Below are positions 37,971-48,811 of a stretch of DNA of 64,000 nucleotides, in pieces. A program made the position numbers and the translations under genes. Each line of letters opens with the position of its first letter. Position 1 is the stretch's first letter. Under the pieces are notes generated by a model. That model saw only the letters and a list, made by a program, of their open reading frames with translations, had not been told where the DNA came from and did no database searches. The stretch comes from Acidobacteriota bacterium (lineage in GTDB: Bacteria > Acidobacteriota > UBA890 > WLXD01), in NCBI GenBank assembly GCA_963666215.2, contig CAXWPL010000005.1, forward strand, positions 1,280,001-1,344,000. Reading direction: 5' to 3'.

Positions 37971-39259
37971 ATGAAGAAACTCCCCGCTACGCTCGCTATT
38001 CTTACCGGATTGATGAGCCAGGGCGTGGTGAGTGCTCAACCACTCTATATCAAAGTTGATGCCACAGGAGGCGACTGTCAACCCGTTGTGAATCCAATAG
38101 GAAATTGGAGTGCGGCAACAAAGACGTGCACCTTGACTGCTCCAGTAAACGACAGCATTCAAATCCTTGACAATGGCCTCACCCTGGATTGTGCTGGACA
38201 CGCACTTACAGGGTCTGGCTACGGCGTCAGATTGAATGGAAATTCTGTGACCGTAAAGAATTGTGTGATCTCCAACCATCAGATTGCAATCGTATCCACT
38301 GGAAACTCAAATACCATTACCAAGAATACATTGACTGGTAATCGAGGGATGAGCATATACGGCTTTGATGCAAGTAGGAACACGATAACGGACAACACAC
38401 TTTCTAGTGTTGGATTCTATAACTTACTCCTGGTTTACGGTTACGAGAATAATGTGATCGGAAACACCTTTAGCGGAGCTGCAAATGGAATAACCCTTAG
38501 AAGAAGCAACGATAATTTTGTTGCGGACAACGCCGTTAGCGATTATACCTTTTTTGGAATAGAGATCGATTTTGCGTTTTTAAATACGGTAACCGGTAAC
38601 AACCTTCGCCGTACCCATACTCCACCTCCCGGTGGCTTTGGTGGTGGTGTATTTCTTTGGCAATCCAATGACAACCTCATAGATTTAAACGACATTGACG
38701 TGACCGATTCTGGAATTCTAATTGAAAATAACTCTGATAGGAATATCGTCAGCGCCAACAGAATAACAGCGACTGATCTGGGAGTGGCTGTTGGAAGCAG
38801 ACCTAGACCAGAAAATAGTTACAATCTGATCTTCAACAACGTCATTGATTCTGAAGGTGATGGAGTCTATTTACACCTGGGTGAGGGAAACCGGGCGGAA
38901 GGAAACACCATCCAGCACGGAACTGGCAACGGAATCGTTGTGAATGCATCCAGAGATGCTGAACTCGTGAGAAACGAAGTGCACAAAAAGGGCGGAAACG
39001 GCTTAATGATTTTAAGCTCGCCAACCACCTTAGTCACACTAAACGATGTTTGGCTGAATAGTGGAGTTCCAGTTAGCAGCGACACACCTGTTGAATTATC
39101 CGTCGATGCGTTGGTAACTGGTGGAACGGCAATTGCGGACGAGGATTGTTCGTTGAAGGCTCTGATAGCAATGCGGCAGATGTAATTGACAGCAATCCGT
39201 ACAACCACGCTGTGGCACACATACCCAACCCAGGAGCACCAAGACAATGCTCTAACTAG
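37971..39259 (+). CDS. Secreted right-handed beta-helix (NosD/pectin-lyase-like) protein, frameshift near 39108
   Basis: AGGAG RBS, signal peptide, LDCAGH, N.I..N repeats; shifted-frame C-terminus GNWWNGNC...DSNPY ends at TAG 39259; visibly AT-richer than its flanks. Confidence 0.85.
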
Positions 39260-39300
39260 GGCGCTTTCCTCGTTCTCAACCATGGTGGTTACCGCAAAGC

Positions 39301-40107
39301 GGCGTTGTTGCACGATTCGAGAGCGAGCCTGGGCCGCTTTTCCCAGCCCTTCCGTCACGACACAGCGTAGGACTCTGGCCTGCCGAGCCCTGCCATCCGG
39401 TTAAGGATGTGACACCCGATCATGGCCTCTCTCGTCTGCGCCTTGCTGTTCCTCGCCTTCAGGTCGCGTCCGAGCAGTGACTTGTATCGGAAGAACCCGT
39501 TCTCAACGCGAGCCTGCTGTCGGTAACCCGACTCCTTCTGCCACTCTCGTCGTCCGACCTCACGAATCCTCTGAAGAGCCGCTTCTCGCTGCGCCCACGG
39601 GCCGTCCGTGGGCCCCGCGCACACCGCGGAGCGACGAGGTGGGATCACGATCATGAGGTCCTCTGTACCGGCCGCCCTGACCCGATCGTAGATCGACCTG
39701 TGGTCATAGGCCCCGTCTGCCGTGAAACGCTGGATTGGAACCTCAACCTGGGCAAGCAGATCAGGGAGGGTGGAGGCGTCGCCCTCGCTACTCGCCGTGA
39801 GCTCGGCCGCCACGATGAAGCCCTCGTCATCCACTCCGATGTGCAGCTTCCGCCACTCCCGGCGTTTCCTCGATGCCTTGTACCTATGCACATTCCACTC
39901 GCCAGAACCCAGGATCTTGAGCCCCGTGGAATCGACGACCAGGTGGATCGGGCCGTCGTGGGCTCGGTTCAGGGGTGGTACCTCGACGTCCTCGTTCCGG
40001 CGCGAGAGTGTGGTGTGGTCCGGGGCCTTGAGGCCCAGGCCCATCAAGCTCAGCAGCGAGTCCAGGAATCCCTCGGTCTGGCGAAGCGGCAGCCGAAAGA
40101 CGACTCG
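39301..40107 (-). pseudogene. 5'-truncated IS5-family (IS903-group) element
   Basis: IR GGCGTTGTTGCACGA at 39301; protein closely similar to 52829..53797 from VVFRLPLRQTEG onward. Confidence 0.88.
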
Positions 40108-40297
40108 CCTGGTGTCGCACCTTCGCACAAAAGGCGACAAACTGTCGCCTTTCGCCCTCAGGGCACCAAGAGAATCCAGCAAATACGGGGACTTGCGGTC
40201 CTGCGTGTTGATGGAATGGACTCCTCCCGCGACTTGTAGCGGCATCTAAGATGTCAAGGTCGCACGAACCGTAACGTTCACATGAGAGGAGTCCGCT

Positions 40298-41333
40298 ATG
40301 CAGTCTACGACCATCGCCGTCGACTTGGCGAAAAACGTCTTGGAGATCGCCGTGTCCCACGTTCCCGGGAAGGTGGCCGAACGGTGTCGCTTGTCGCGGA
40401 AGAAGTTTCTGCGGTTCTTCGCGCAGCGCGAGGCTTCGCGTGTGCTTCTGGAGGCATGTGGTTCCGCCCACTTCTGGGCTGAGGAGATCCAGAAGCTCGG
40501 TCACGAGGTGGTGCTGCTACCGCCTCACCTGGTACGGCCCTACCGTCGCCGGCACAAGAAGACCGATCGCACGGATGCGAAGGCGCTGCTGGAAGCCGAC
40601 CGCAACGAGGAGATCGAGCCGGTGCCGATCAAGACCGTCGAGCAGCGCGGTGTGGGGGCCTTGCACCGGTTGCGCTCGGCCTGGATGGAGACGCGCACGG
40701 CACGGCTGAACGGCGTACGCGGCCTGTTGCGAGAGCACGGTCACTTCATCGCCCAGGGTGCCAAGAACGTAGTGCCCCGGGTACGAGAGCTGATCGCAGA
40801 TGACGCCAACGATCTGCCCGACCCCATGCGTTTGACCCTGGCGGAAGCATGTGAGGAGATCCGGGAGCTGGAGCGGCGCTGCGCGAGCGTTTCCAAGCAG
40901 CTCGAGGCACTGGCCCCGACGATGCCCGCCGTCGCGCATCTGCAATCTGTGCCCGGCATCGGCCCGCTCACCGCCACCGCGATGGTGGCGTTTGTCGGCG
41001 AGATCCACCGCTTCCCCTCGGCTCGACGCTTTGGATCGTACTTGGGCCTGACCCCGCGCGTGCACGCCACCGCCCAAAAGCGTCGGCTCGGCCACATCAG
41101 CAAACAAGGCGACGAGTACCTGCGGTGGCTTCTGATTCACGGCGCTCGGTCCTGTCTGTTGGCGGCCAAGAGAGTCCACAACCCAAGCCCTCTGTACACG
41201 TGGGCGCTGCAGGTCGTAGAAACGCCGAGGACACAACCGCGCCGCCGTCGCGCTGGCGAACAAGATCGCCCGCATTGCCTGGACGGTGTGGCGCGAGGAT
41301 CGAGACTTCACCATCGAAAGAAAAGCCGCGTAG
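40298..41333 (+). pseudogene. IS110 DEDD recombinase, frameshift near 41220
   Basis: AVDLAK, EACG, KTDRTDA, VPGIGP, YLGLTP, ISKQGD; shifted-frame C-terminus RRGHNRAAVALANKIARIAW...KAA stop. Confidence 0.9.
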
Positions 41334-41568
41334 ATCCCCTTACTAGAACCCACCCAGTAACTGCTTCGAGAGACGTAACGATGGCGAACCGGTCGGACCG
41401 GGGCGGGGGAGAGCCGACGAAAGGCTGGCCTATTCAGGGCCGTGTGTCGATTGGCTCCCCGCCCGCGGAATCCATCCTGGCCAGGAGCATAGAGAAGCTC
41501 CACCAACGGGCCGAAGATACGACTGCAGTCAGACCTACCGTCTAGGATTCGCTCTCGAGCTCGCCCCG
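41334..41568 (+). ncRNA. Candidate bridge/seek RNA region of the IS1111-type element
   Basis: Structured non-coding region with segments matching the element junctions (see findings). Confidence 0.55.
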
Positions 41569-41927
41569 TGTTGATGGCTGCGAGAAAGCGCATCCCGTTG
41601 GCTGCGAGCGCAGTTTCCGGGATGGAGTGAGCTGAGGGCTTCGCGACCGCGGGAAAGCTAGGCCTTCTTCAGGAAGGGCGGCATCATCCCGCCGGAACGG
41701 CGGTCCGGGTGCGTGGTCCCGGCGGCGTGTTTGCGGTCGGAAGAGATGCGTGAGTCGGTGTAGGGCTTTGCAGTGCGGGCTCTGCTCTGATAGAGCAGGC
41801 CGACCAGAGACGGCGAGAGCCCGGGAAAGCGAAGTAGAAAACGCCCCGGGCTCTGCCCCAAACCGCAGCATTAGCTGCGCTTGCAGTATGGCAGAGAGTC
41901 GGGGTCGTCGTCGAATGGGAGGCGACG

Positions 41928-42323
41928 ATGCGACCGGACTACCGACTCTTCGACTGTGCTCGATGCCGTCGGCGTATCTCGCTGTGCTCGCACTGTGACC
42001 GTGGCCAGCGTTACTGCCGGGCTTGTGCTCTGGTGGCTCGTCGGGAATCGACTCGGGCGGCCGGCCATCGGTACCAGCGAAGCCTCCGAGGTCGGCATTG
42101 TCATGCCGCCCGTCAGGCCCGCTACCGTCGGCGCCAGCGCGAGCGGGCAGAGAAAGTGACGCATCAGGGTACCCCAGGCGGTACTTCGGGGAGGACACTG
42201 TGTCGGATCGAGACTCCGAGGCGCGAAGTGCGCTACGACCCGAGGAATCCGCGATGCATGCAGTGTGGAGAGGCCTGCCGAGAGTTTGTGCGAACGAGCT
42301 TTCGTCGTTGCCGACGGAGATAG
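41928..42323 (+). CDS. IS21 accessory Cys/Arg-rich Zn-finger-like protein
   Basis: CARC...CSHCDRGQRYCRAC; stop lies 4 nt before the istA start. Confidence 0.6.
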   Translation: MRPDYRLFDCARCRRRISLCSHCDRGQRYCRACALVARRESTRAAGHRYQRSLRGRHCHAARQARYRRRQRERAEKVTHQGTPGGTSGRTLCRIETPRREVRYDPRNPRCMQCGEACREFVRTSFRRCRRR

Positions 42324-42327
42324 GGGC

Positions 42328-43836
42328 GTGATCGACGCACAGCTGCGCGGGGAGATCCGTCGTCTGTTCCTGGTCGAGAAGTGGAAAGTCGGCACGATCG
42401 CTCGACAGCTACAGCTGCACCCCTCAACCGTGCGCCGGGCGCTGGAGAAGTCCGGCGTGCTACCCCAGCAGCGACGAGGGAGGATGATCGATCCTTACCT
42501 GCCGTTCATCGAGCAGGTGCTCGGGACCTACCCACGACTGCCGGCGAGCCGTCTCTACACCATGGTGGTGGAGCGCGGCTATCCAGGAGGCCCGGATCAG
42601 TTTCGCCACCTGGTGGCCTCGATGCGACCGAAGCCCCAGCGCGAGGCGTTTCTCTCGCTGCGCATGCTGCCAGGAGAGCAGGCGCAGGTCGACTGGGGCC
42701 ACTTCGGTCGGCTCCGCGTCGGCCGGGCACATCGTCGGCTCTATGCCTTCGTCTTCGTGCTGTCGTTCTCGCGCACGGTCTTCGTGCACTTCACCCTCGA
42801 CACTCGTCTCGAAACCTTCTTGCACGCTCACCAGCTGGCCTTCCACTACGTCGACGGCGTCGTCAGGACCGTTCTGTACGACAACCTGCGAACCGCGGTG
42901 ATCGAGCGGCAGGGAACCGCGGTGCGCTTCCATCCCGTGCTGCTCGATTTCGCCAGCCACTACGGCTTCCTTCCCACCGTCGCCGCGGTGGCTCGGGGAA
43001 ATGAGAAAGGCCGCGTCGAGCGCGCAATCCGCTTCCTGCGAAGCTCGTTCTTCGGCGCCCGAACGGTGAGCGATTTGGATCGTCTGAATCGGCAGGTCCT
43101 GGAATGGTGCCAGAGGTCGCAGCGCAGACCCTGGCCGCAGGACCGACAGCGAACCGTGAAAAGCGCCCTGGCCCAGGAACGACCTCGACTGCTTGAGCTT
43201 CCCGGAGACGACTTCGAAACCGACCTGCGACTGGAGATCAAGGTCAGAAAGACGCCGATCGTGCGCTTCGACCTCAACGACTACTCGGTGCCGCACAGTC
43301 ATGTGCAGAGGACCGTCACGCTCCTCGCCAGCGAGCATCGGGTGCGGATCCTCGATGGCCAGGAGCTCCTCGCCGAGCACCCTCGCTCGTACTCCCGGGG
43401 CGAGCAGATCCTCGATCCTCAACACCTCGAGGAGCTCCTCGCTCACAAACGCAGGGCCCGACGACACCGGGGCTTCCATCGGCTGTTTTCCGCTGTGCCT
43501 CGATGCGAAGAGCTGATGCAGCAGCTCGCCGAGCGAGGCGAGAACCTCGGAACGCAGACCGCCGGCCTGCTCCGACTCCTGCGCCAGTACGGCCCCCAGC
43601 GACTCGACAAAGCCGTGCGCGAAGCGCTCCTGAACCACGCACCGCGATTCCAGTCCGTCCGGCTCCTACTCGAACGGCACCAGCGCGGCCTCGGTCAGCC
43701 CCCGGCTTTACCGGTGCCGCTCAGCCAGGAGCTCCAACAGCGAGATCTCTCCGTGAGACCGCACAACCTCGAGGACTACGACCAACTTGGAGGCAACGAC
43801 GATGGCCCGACCCAGGAAGAGTCCAACGATCCCTGA
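42328..43836 (+). CDS. istA: IS21 transposase
   Basis: PGEQAQVDWG, LYDN, NEKGRVERAI, FDLNDYSVP. Confidence 0.94.
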   Translation: MIDAQLRGEIRRLFLVEKWKVGTIARQLQLHPSTVRRALEKSGVLPQQRRGRMIDPYLPFIEQVLGTYPRLPASRLYTMVVERGYPGGPDQFRHLVASMRPKPQREAFLSLRMLPGEQAQVDWGHFGRLRVGRAHRRLYAFVFVLSFSRTVFVHFTLDTRLETFLHAHQLAFHYVDGVVRTVLYDNLRTAVIERQGTAVRFHPVLLDFASHYGFLPTVAAVARGNEKGRVERAIRFLRSSFFGARTVSDLDRLNRQVLEWCQRSQRRPWPQDRQRTVKSALAQERPRLLELPGDDFETDLRLEIKVRKTPIVRFDLNDYSVPHSHVQRTVTLLASEHRVRILDGQELLAEHPRSYSRGEQILDPQHLEELLAHKRRARRHRGFHRLFSAVPRCEELMQQLAERGENLGTQTAGLLRLLRQYGPQRLDKAVREALLNHAPRFQSVRLLLERHQRGLGQPPALPVPLSQELQQRDLSVRPHNLEDYDQLGGNDDGPTQEESNDP

Positions 43837-44596
43837 CGAACCACTACGAGAGCTCGCCCGATCCCTCGGCTTCTACGCCCTCGTCGACGACTGGGGCACC
43901 TACCGAGAACAGCCCTGGCTCGAACAGCTGCTGCGCAAAGAAGAGGCCGAGCGCAAACGGCGCAGCCTCGAACGGCGCATCCGCACCAGCCGCGTCGGGC
44001 TCTTCAAGAGCATCGCCGACTTCGACTTCTCCTGGCCCCAGCGCATCGACCGCGAGCAGATCCAGGATCTGCTCACCCTCCAATTCCTCGACGACATCAC
44101 CAACGTCATCCTCCTCGGACCCAACGGTGTCGGCAAGACCATGATTGCCAAGAACCTCCTCTACCAGGCGCTGCAACGAGGGGCCACCGCCAGCTTCGTC
44201 ACCGCCTCCGACATGCTCAACGATCTCGCCGTCCAGGAAACCCCCTCGGCGCTCCAGAGAAGGCTCTCCAAATACACCCGACCCTCGCTTTTGGCAATCG
44301 ATGAGCTCGGCTATCTCTCCTACGACCACCGCCACGCGGATCTCCTCTTCGAGGTCGTCTCCAGGAGATACGGCAACAAGCCCATTCTTCTCACCACCAA
44401 CAAGCCCTTCGCCGAATGGGCCGAGGTCTTTCCCAACGCCTCCTGCGTCGTCACTCTCGTCGATCGACTCACCCACCACGCCGAGATCGTCAAGATCGAG
44501 GCTAACTCCTATCGCCGCAAGGAGGCCAAGGAGGCTGCTGAAAAAAAGGCCAAGGACCGCGCCAAAAGGCGGAGCGCAGCACGACGACGCTCATGA
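43787..44596 (+). CDS. istB: IS21 AAA+ ATPase
   Basis: FDFSW, GPNGVGKT, IDELGYL, TTN.PF.EW, DRLTHH. Confidence 0.95.
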   Translation: MEATTMARPRKSPTIPDEPLRELARSLGFYALVDDWGTYREQPWLEQLLRKEEAERKRRSLERRIRTSRVGLFKSIADFDFSWPQRIDREQIQDLLTLQFLDDITNVILLGPNGVGKTMIAKNLLYQALQRGATASFVTASDMLNDLAVQETPSALQRRLSKYTRPSLLAIDELGYLSYDHRHADLLFEVVSRRYGNKPILLTTNKPFAEWAEVFPNASCVVTLVDRLTHHAEIVKIEANSYRRKEAKEAAEKKAKDRAKRRSAARRRS

Positions 44597-44949
44597 CCCG
44601 AAGCCACTATCGGCGCCAGCTCCTCCGCCTCTATCGACTCCTTCCCGACACCCCGCACCGCTTCCACCACGGCGACCGCGTCATCGTCGACCAGCTCTTC
44701 GACCAAGACCTGCCTCTCACCGTCCTCCAGGCCGCCCTCCTCCTCGGCTCCGCCCGACGCGCATGCCGAGATCCGCGCCTACCAAAGCTCCAGCCCATCC
44801 GATCCCTCGCCTACTTTCTCCCCATCCTCCGAGAACTCCCCACGACGCCACCCCCCGAGGGGTACCTCGACTATCTGCGCCACACCCTGAGTCACGCCTC
44901 GCGGGGACAAAAAACCGACTCGCAGCCAACTAAGTGCGCTTTCTCGTAG
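44593..44949 (+). CDS. IS21 accessory protein downstream of istB
   Basis: ATGA overlap with istB; lies inside the right IR; YRLLPDTP...AALLLGSARR...IRSLAYFLP. Confidence 0.6.
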   Translation: MTRSHYRRQLLRLYRLLPDTPHRFHHGDRVIVDQLFDQDLPLTVLQAALLLGSARRACRDPRLPKLQPIRSLAYFLPILRELPTTPPPEGYLDYLRHTLSHASRGQKTDSQPTKCAFS

Positions 44950-45119
44950 CCGGTAACACCCCGGAGGCAATGACCATGTGATCGCCCGAACTTCCTGAAG
45001 AAACAAAGGAGGAGTCCTTGACAGAGGAGTCCAGATACGTCTTTCACGGTGAGGTGCGACAACACAATTCGAGCTCTGAGCCGCTGATCCACCGGGCGAC
45101 TGTAAGATGTTGCCAACTC

Positions 45120-47795
45120 ATGGCTCTAGAACCAGGCTCCCGCCTCGGTCCCTACGAGATCGTCGAGCTGCGCGGCAAGGGCGGCATGGGAGAGGTGTAC
45201 CTGGGCCGCGATACACGCCTGGAGCGGGATGTCGCCATCAAGGTGCTACCTGAGGAGCTCGGGCAGGACACGCTCTACCGCCAGCGGCTGGAGCGTGAAG
45301 CGAAGAGCCTCTCGCAGCTGAGCCATCCCCACATCTGTACCCTCCACGACATTGGCAGCGAAGACGGTGTCGACTACCTGGTCATGGAGTACCTCGAGGG
45401 CGAGACCCTCGAGGACCGGCTGCGAAAGGGCGCCCTGCCGCTGGATGAGGTGACGGCGATCGGATCGCAGATCGCCGAGGCCATCGATGCCGCCCATCGT
45501 CACGGAGTGGTCCACCGCGATCTCAAGCCCGGCAATGTGATGTTGACTCGCGAGGGAGCCAAGGTGCTCGACTTCGGCCTCGCCAAGGGAGTCCAGGTCG
45601 GTGCCCTTAGCGGGAGCACGCAGACGCCGACCATCACCCAGCCACTGACCAGCGAAGGCTCGATTCTCGGCACGCTGCAATACATGGCGCCCGAGCAGCT
45701 CGAAGGTAAGGAGGCAGACACTCGCAGCGACATCTGGGGCCTTGGCGCCGTGCTTTACGAGATGGCCAGCGGGGCAAGGCCGTTCGAGGGGACCTCTCAG
45801 GCCAGCTTGATCGCGTCGATCATGACCGGTCGGGTGCGCGCTCTGTCGGAGCTCCAGCCGCTCGCGCCGGCCCGCTTCGACTGGGTGATCGAGCGCTGTC
45901 TCGACAAGGATCCCGATCGGCGTTGGCAGTCGGCGCGCGATGTGGCGCTGGAGCTGGGCGGCCTCGACCAGGGGACCGAGACGGCGGCGCCTACAGGAGG
46001 CACCGCCGACCGGGCCCTGCGTCCGCGAGTCGCCGCCCTGGCCGGGGGCCTCGTTCTCCTGGTCGGGCTGGTGATCGGCTTCGCGCTTCCTCGCGGCTCG
46101 AGCGTGCCGACGGTCGAGAGCGGCGCGGAGGAGTGGACCGTGACGACCCTCGACATCGCGGCCGACGAGGGATTCATGACGATCTCGGCTGACGGGCGCT
46201 CCCTGGTATTCCCGCAACCGCATGCCGATGGCGGATCGATCCTCGCTCGCCGCCCCCTCGATTCGCTGTTCTCACAGGCGATCCCGGGAACGGAGGGAGC
46301 AACCGGTGCCCTTTTCTCCCCCGACGGCGGACATCTGGTCTTCGCCGACAGAAGTGGCAAACTGAAAACAATCGCTGTCGAGGGAGGAGGAGCCACGACA
46401 CTCGTCGCGGAAAACGTCTTTCCTGGGATGTGGGCAGAGAACGGCTCGATCTACTACGGTCGCGTACCGCCGGGAACGAACCCGACCTCCGCCGAGATCT
46501 GGCGAGTCCCGGCTGCCGGCGGCGAGCCCGAGCGCATCGGTGACGGCATGCCAACCGATCTCCTTCCCGGGGGACGCACCCTCCTGGCGACGGTGACTCC
46601 GGATCGAAGAGACGGGTTCTGGGCCGACATCGTCGCCATCGATCTGGAGACCGGCGAGAGCCGCGTGCTCACCCCCGGCGTCCTGCCCTTGTACGTCGAG
46701 CCGGGGCTGATGGCCTTCTATCGAAGCGGAGCGCTGTGGGCCGCTCCCATCGACTCCTTGACCGGAGAGCTTGTGGCACCGCCTCGACAAGTCGAAGCCG
46801 AGGTGGCTCGCGCGCCAGGAGTGCCGGTCGACGTCGGCCGTTTCGCCGTCAGCCGGTCCGGGGATCTCGCCTACGTGCGCGGGCAGGTAAGCGACCAGTC
46901 TCGGCTGGTGTGGGTGAACCGCGGCGGCGGCGAGGTCGAGCCGGTGGCTCCTGAGATCAAGGCCTTCGCCGTTCCCAGGCCATCCCTCGATGGCCACAGG
47001 ATCTCGGTCCACTCGCGAAACTCGGCCGGCGACGGCAACGAGCAATGGGCCCTCGACCTCGCCACCGGCTCGTGGAGCCGACCGGCTCAGACGGGCTCCA
47101 CTTCGGTCGCGACAGAGATCCCGCCAGACGGCAAAGAGATCTTCTTCGTGGCGAATCGCGTCGACGACTACGCACAGGTGTTTTTCCAGCCGGCCGATCG
47201 TAGCGCCCCGGCGCAGAGGCTACTGCCCTCCGAGCAGGCTCAATCCTATTTCGGCGTCTCCGCCGACGGGCGCTGGGTGTTGCTCTACCACTTCTTCGAG
47301 GAGGGGTTTGTCGCCCTCGACCGCAGTAGCGGCGAGGTACGCTCTGTGGTCGACGACAGTGTCTTCGTTCGCTCGGGAGGCTTCCACCCCGATGGGGACT
47401 GGATCGCCTACGCCGGATTCGACCCCGTCGACGCTATGTCGCAGCTGTGGCTGATCCCCTTCCCGGGCCCAGGGGAGCCGCGCCAGCTCACCTTCGAAGG
47501 CGGCCAGGAAGCGGCATGGTCCTCTTCGGGAGACGAGATCTTCTACCGCGGCCCGACCCACATGATGACCATCCCGATCGAGAAGAAGGGCAGTGAGTTG
47601 GTCATCGGGCGGCCTGAGACCCTGTTCGAAGATCGGTTCCGAAGGGGTCCGAACCTAGGCATCATCAACTACGGTGTGCATCCGGACGGCCGCTTCCTGA
47701 TGGTCGAGGCCGCTGAGGACCAGGAGGAAAAAGTGATCCTGGTCCAGAACTGGCGGGCCAAGGTGCTCGAGATGTTCTCCGAGGGGGGCTCGTGA
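45120..47795 (+). CDS. Hanks-type Ser/Thr kinase with a TM helix and a TolB/PD40 beta-propeller
   Basis: GKGGMGEVY, VAIK, HRDLKPGN, DFG, GT..YMAPE; TM helix; SPDG-type repeats. Confidence 0.94.
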   Translation: MALEPGSRLGPYEIVELRGKGGMGEVYLGRDTRLERDVAIKVLPEELGQDTLYRQRLEREAKSLSQLSHPHICTLHDIGSEDGVDYLVMEYLEGETLEDRLRKGALPLDEVTAIGSQIAEAIDAAHRHGVVHRDLKPGNVMLTREGAKVLDFGLAKGVQVGALSGSTQTPTITQPLTSEGSILGTLQYMAPEQLEGKEADTRSDIWGLGAVLYEMASGARPFEGTSQASLIASIMTGRVRALSELQPLAPARFDWVIERCLDKDPDRRWQSARDVALELGGLDQGTETAAPTGGTADRALRPRVAALAGGLVLLVGLVIGFALPRGSSVPTVESGAEEWTVTTLDIAADEGFMTISADGRSLVFPQPHADGGSILARRPLDSLFSQAIPGTEGATGALFSPDGGHLVFADRSGKLKTIAVEGGGATTLVAENVFPGMWAENGSIYYGRVPPGTNPTSAEIWRVPAAGGEPERIGDGMPTDLLPGGRTLLATVTPDRRDGFWADIVAIDLETGESRVLTPGVLPLYVEPGLMAFYRSGALWAAPIDSLTGELVAPPRQVEAEVARAPGVPVDVGRFAVSRSGDLAYVRGQVSDQSRLVWVNRGGGEVEPVAPEIKAFAVPRPSLDGHRISVHSRNSAGDGNEQWALDLATGSWSRPAQTGSTSVATEIPPDGKEIFFVANRVDDYAQVFFQPADRSAPAQRLLPSEQAQSYFGVSADGRWVLLYHFFEEGFVALDRSSGEVRSVVDDSVFVRSGGFHPDGDWIAYAGFDPVDAMSQLWLIPFPGPGEPRQLTFEGGQEAAWSSSGDEIFYRGPTHMMTIPIEKKGSELVIGRPETLFEDRFRRGPNLGIINYGVHPDGRFLMVEAAEDQEEKVILVQNWRAKVLEMFSEGGS

Positions 47796-48186
47796 GCGCG
47801 GGCCTTGTCGCCTTTGGTGGCGGAGTGCGACAAGTATCGCGATCGGCCTATAAGGAGAAGGATCTCGCAGAGTCCCGCGAGGCAGGAGGTTCGTCGTCGC
47901 GCGGATCTACCCGAGCGGGATTCTGCTAGACCTGGCTTGAGCGGAGGCCGCCAGACGAGCGGTTGTGTATGGGGTTATCAGCCTCGTTGGCAGGCTGTGC
48001 TGCGCGCGACGCGCCCCAGGTCGAGGGTTGTGAGGTAGTTCCAGAGGTGCACTGGGTTGCGGTCAGGCGCCTGCGCGGCCCCTGGGAGGTCCACCGGCGT
48101 CTCGATTTTGGGTTCGGAGCCACCGCGGGCACACCTCCGCCTTGTCCGCGGCGGGACCGGGAGCGCGGGAAGAGAAAGGCGTGGGA

Positions 48187-48811
48187 TCACGCGGCCGCCA
48201 CCGGTGGAGGCCGGGCGTAGGCAGGAGGGTCGAGGGGGAAACGTTGGAGGCGGGGACCTTGGCAGGCGGGACAGATCGCGAGGTCGATGCCGGTGAGGCG
48301 TTGGAGGAGCTCGTTTGTGGTTTCCGACTCGATGGGGATGGGGTGGGAGGTTTCGGCCTGGGTCGCTGTGGCGGTGGACTCGAGCAGAGCGCGGGCTCGC
48401 TCGAGGCGAGAGTGGACGTTGGCCGAGGCCATGAGTCCATAGTGGCGAATCTTTTGGAATCGTCGGGGCAGGACGTGCAGCACAAAGCTGCGGATGAGCT
48501 CCTCGGGAGAGAGCGTCACGGTCTTGCCATCGCGCGTGGCGAGGGTGATGGCCTGCTCCGTGACGTTGAGGATTCTGTGGTTGGACAGTGCGACTCGATG
48601 GGTATAGCGGCCCAGGTAGGAGAAGACCTGCTGCGCACCGGCGAAGGGACGCTTGGCGTAGACGATGAAGTCCTTGGCGTAGAGCTTCGACAGCAGGCGA
48701 TCGAAGCCACCGTCCTCGGCCAGATCTCGTGGCAGGTCGAGCTGTCCGTCTTTGTAGGCACGGGCCAGGTGGCCGAGAAACTTACCGCGGTACAGCCTCC
48801 CCAGAAGCTTG
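48187..48811 (-). pseudogene. IS91-family (Y2) transposase C-terminal remnant
   Basis: RGKFL...VYAKRPF...YLGRYTHRVALSN.RI...FVLHVLPRRFQKIRHYG...CPAC. Confidence 0.85.

Larger units (their letters stand above)
41569..44958 (+). mobile_element. IS21-family element with two accessory ORFs
   Basis: IRs TGTTGATGGCTGCGAGAAAGCGCA and TGCGCTTTCTCGTAGCCGGTAACA; 5-bp target duplication CCCCG (41564..41568, 44959..44963). Confidence 0.93.
40210..45037 (+). mobile_element. IS110-family, IS1111-type element with a nested IS21
   Basis: Subterminal IRs TGGACTCCTC (40217..40226) and GAGGAGTCCA (45024..45033); TTGACA just inside the right end; long 3' non-coding region. Confidence 0.82.

Noticed and set aside
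37971-39259. nosD of a nitrous oxide reductase cluster
   Set aside because: Only the generic beta-helix repeat is present; no nosZ/F/Y/L nearby
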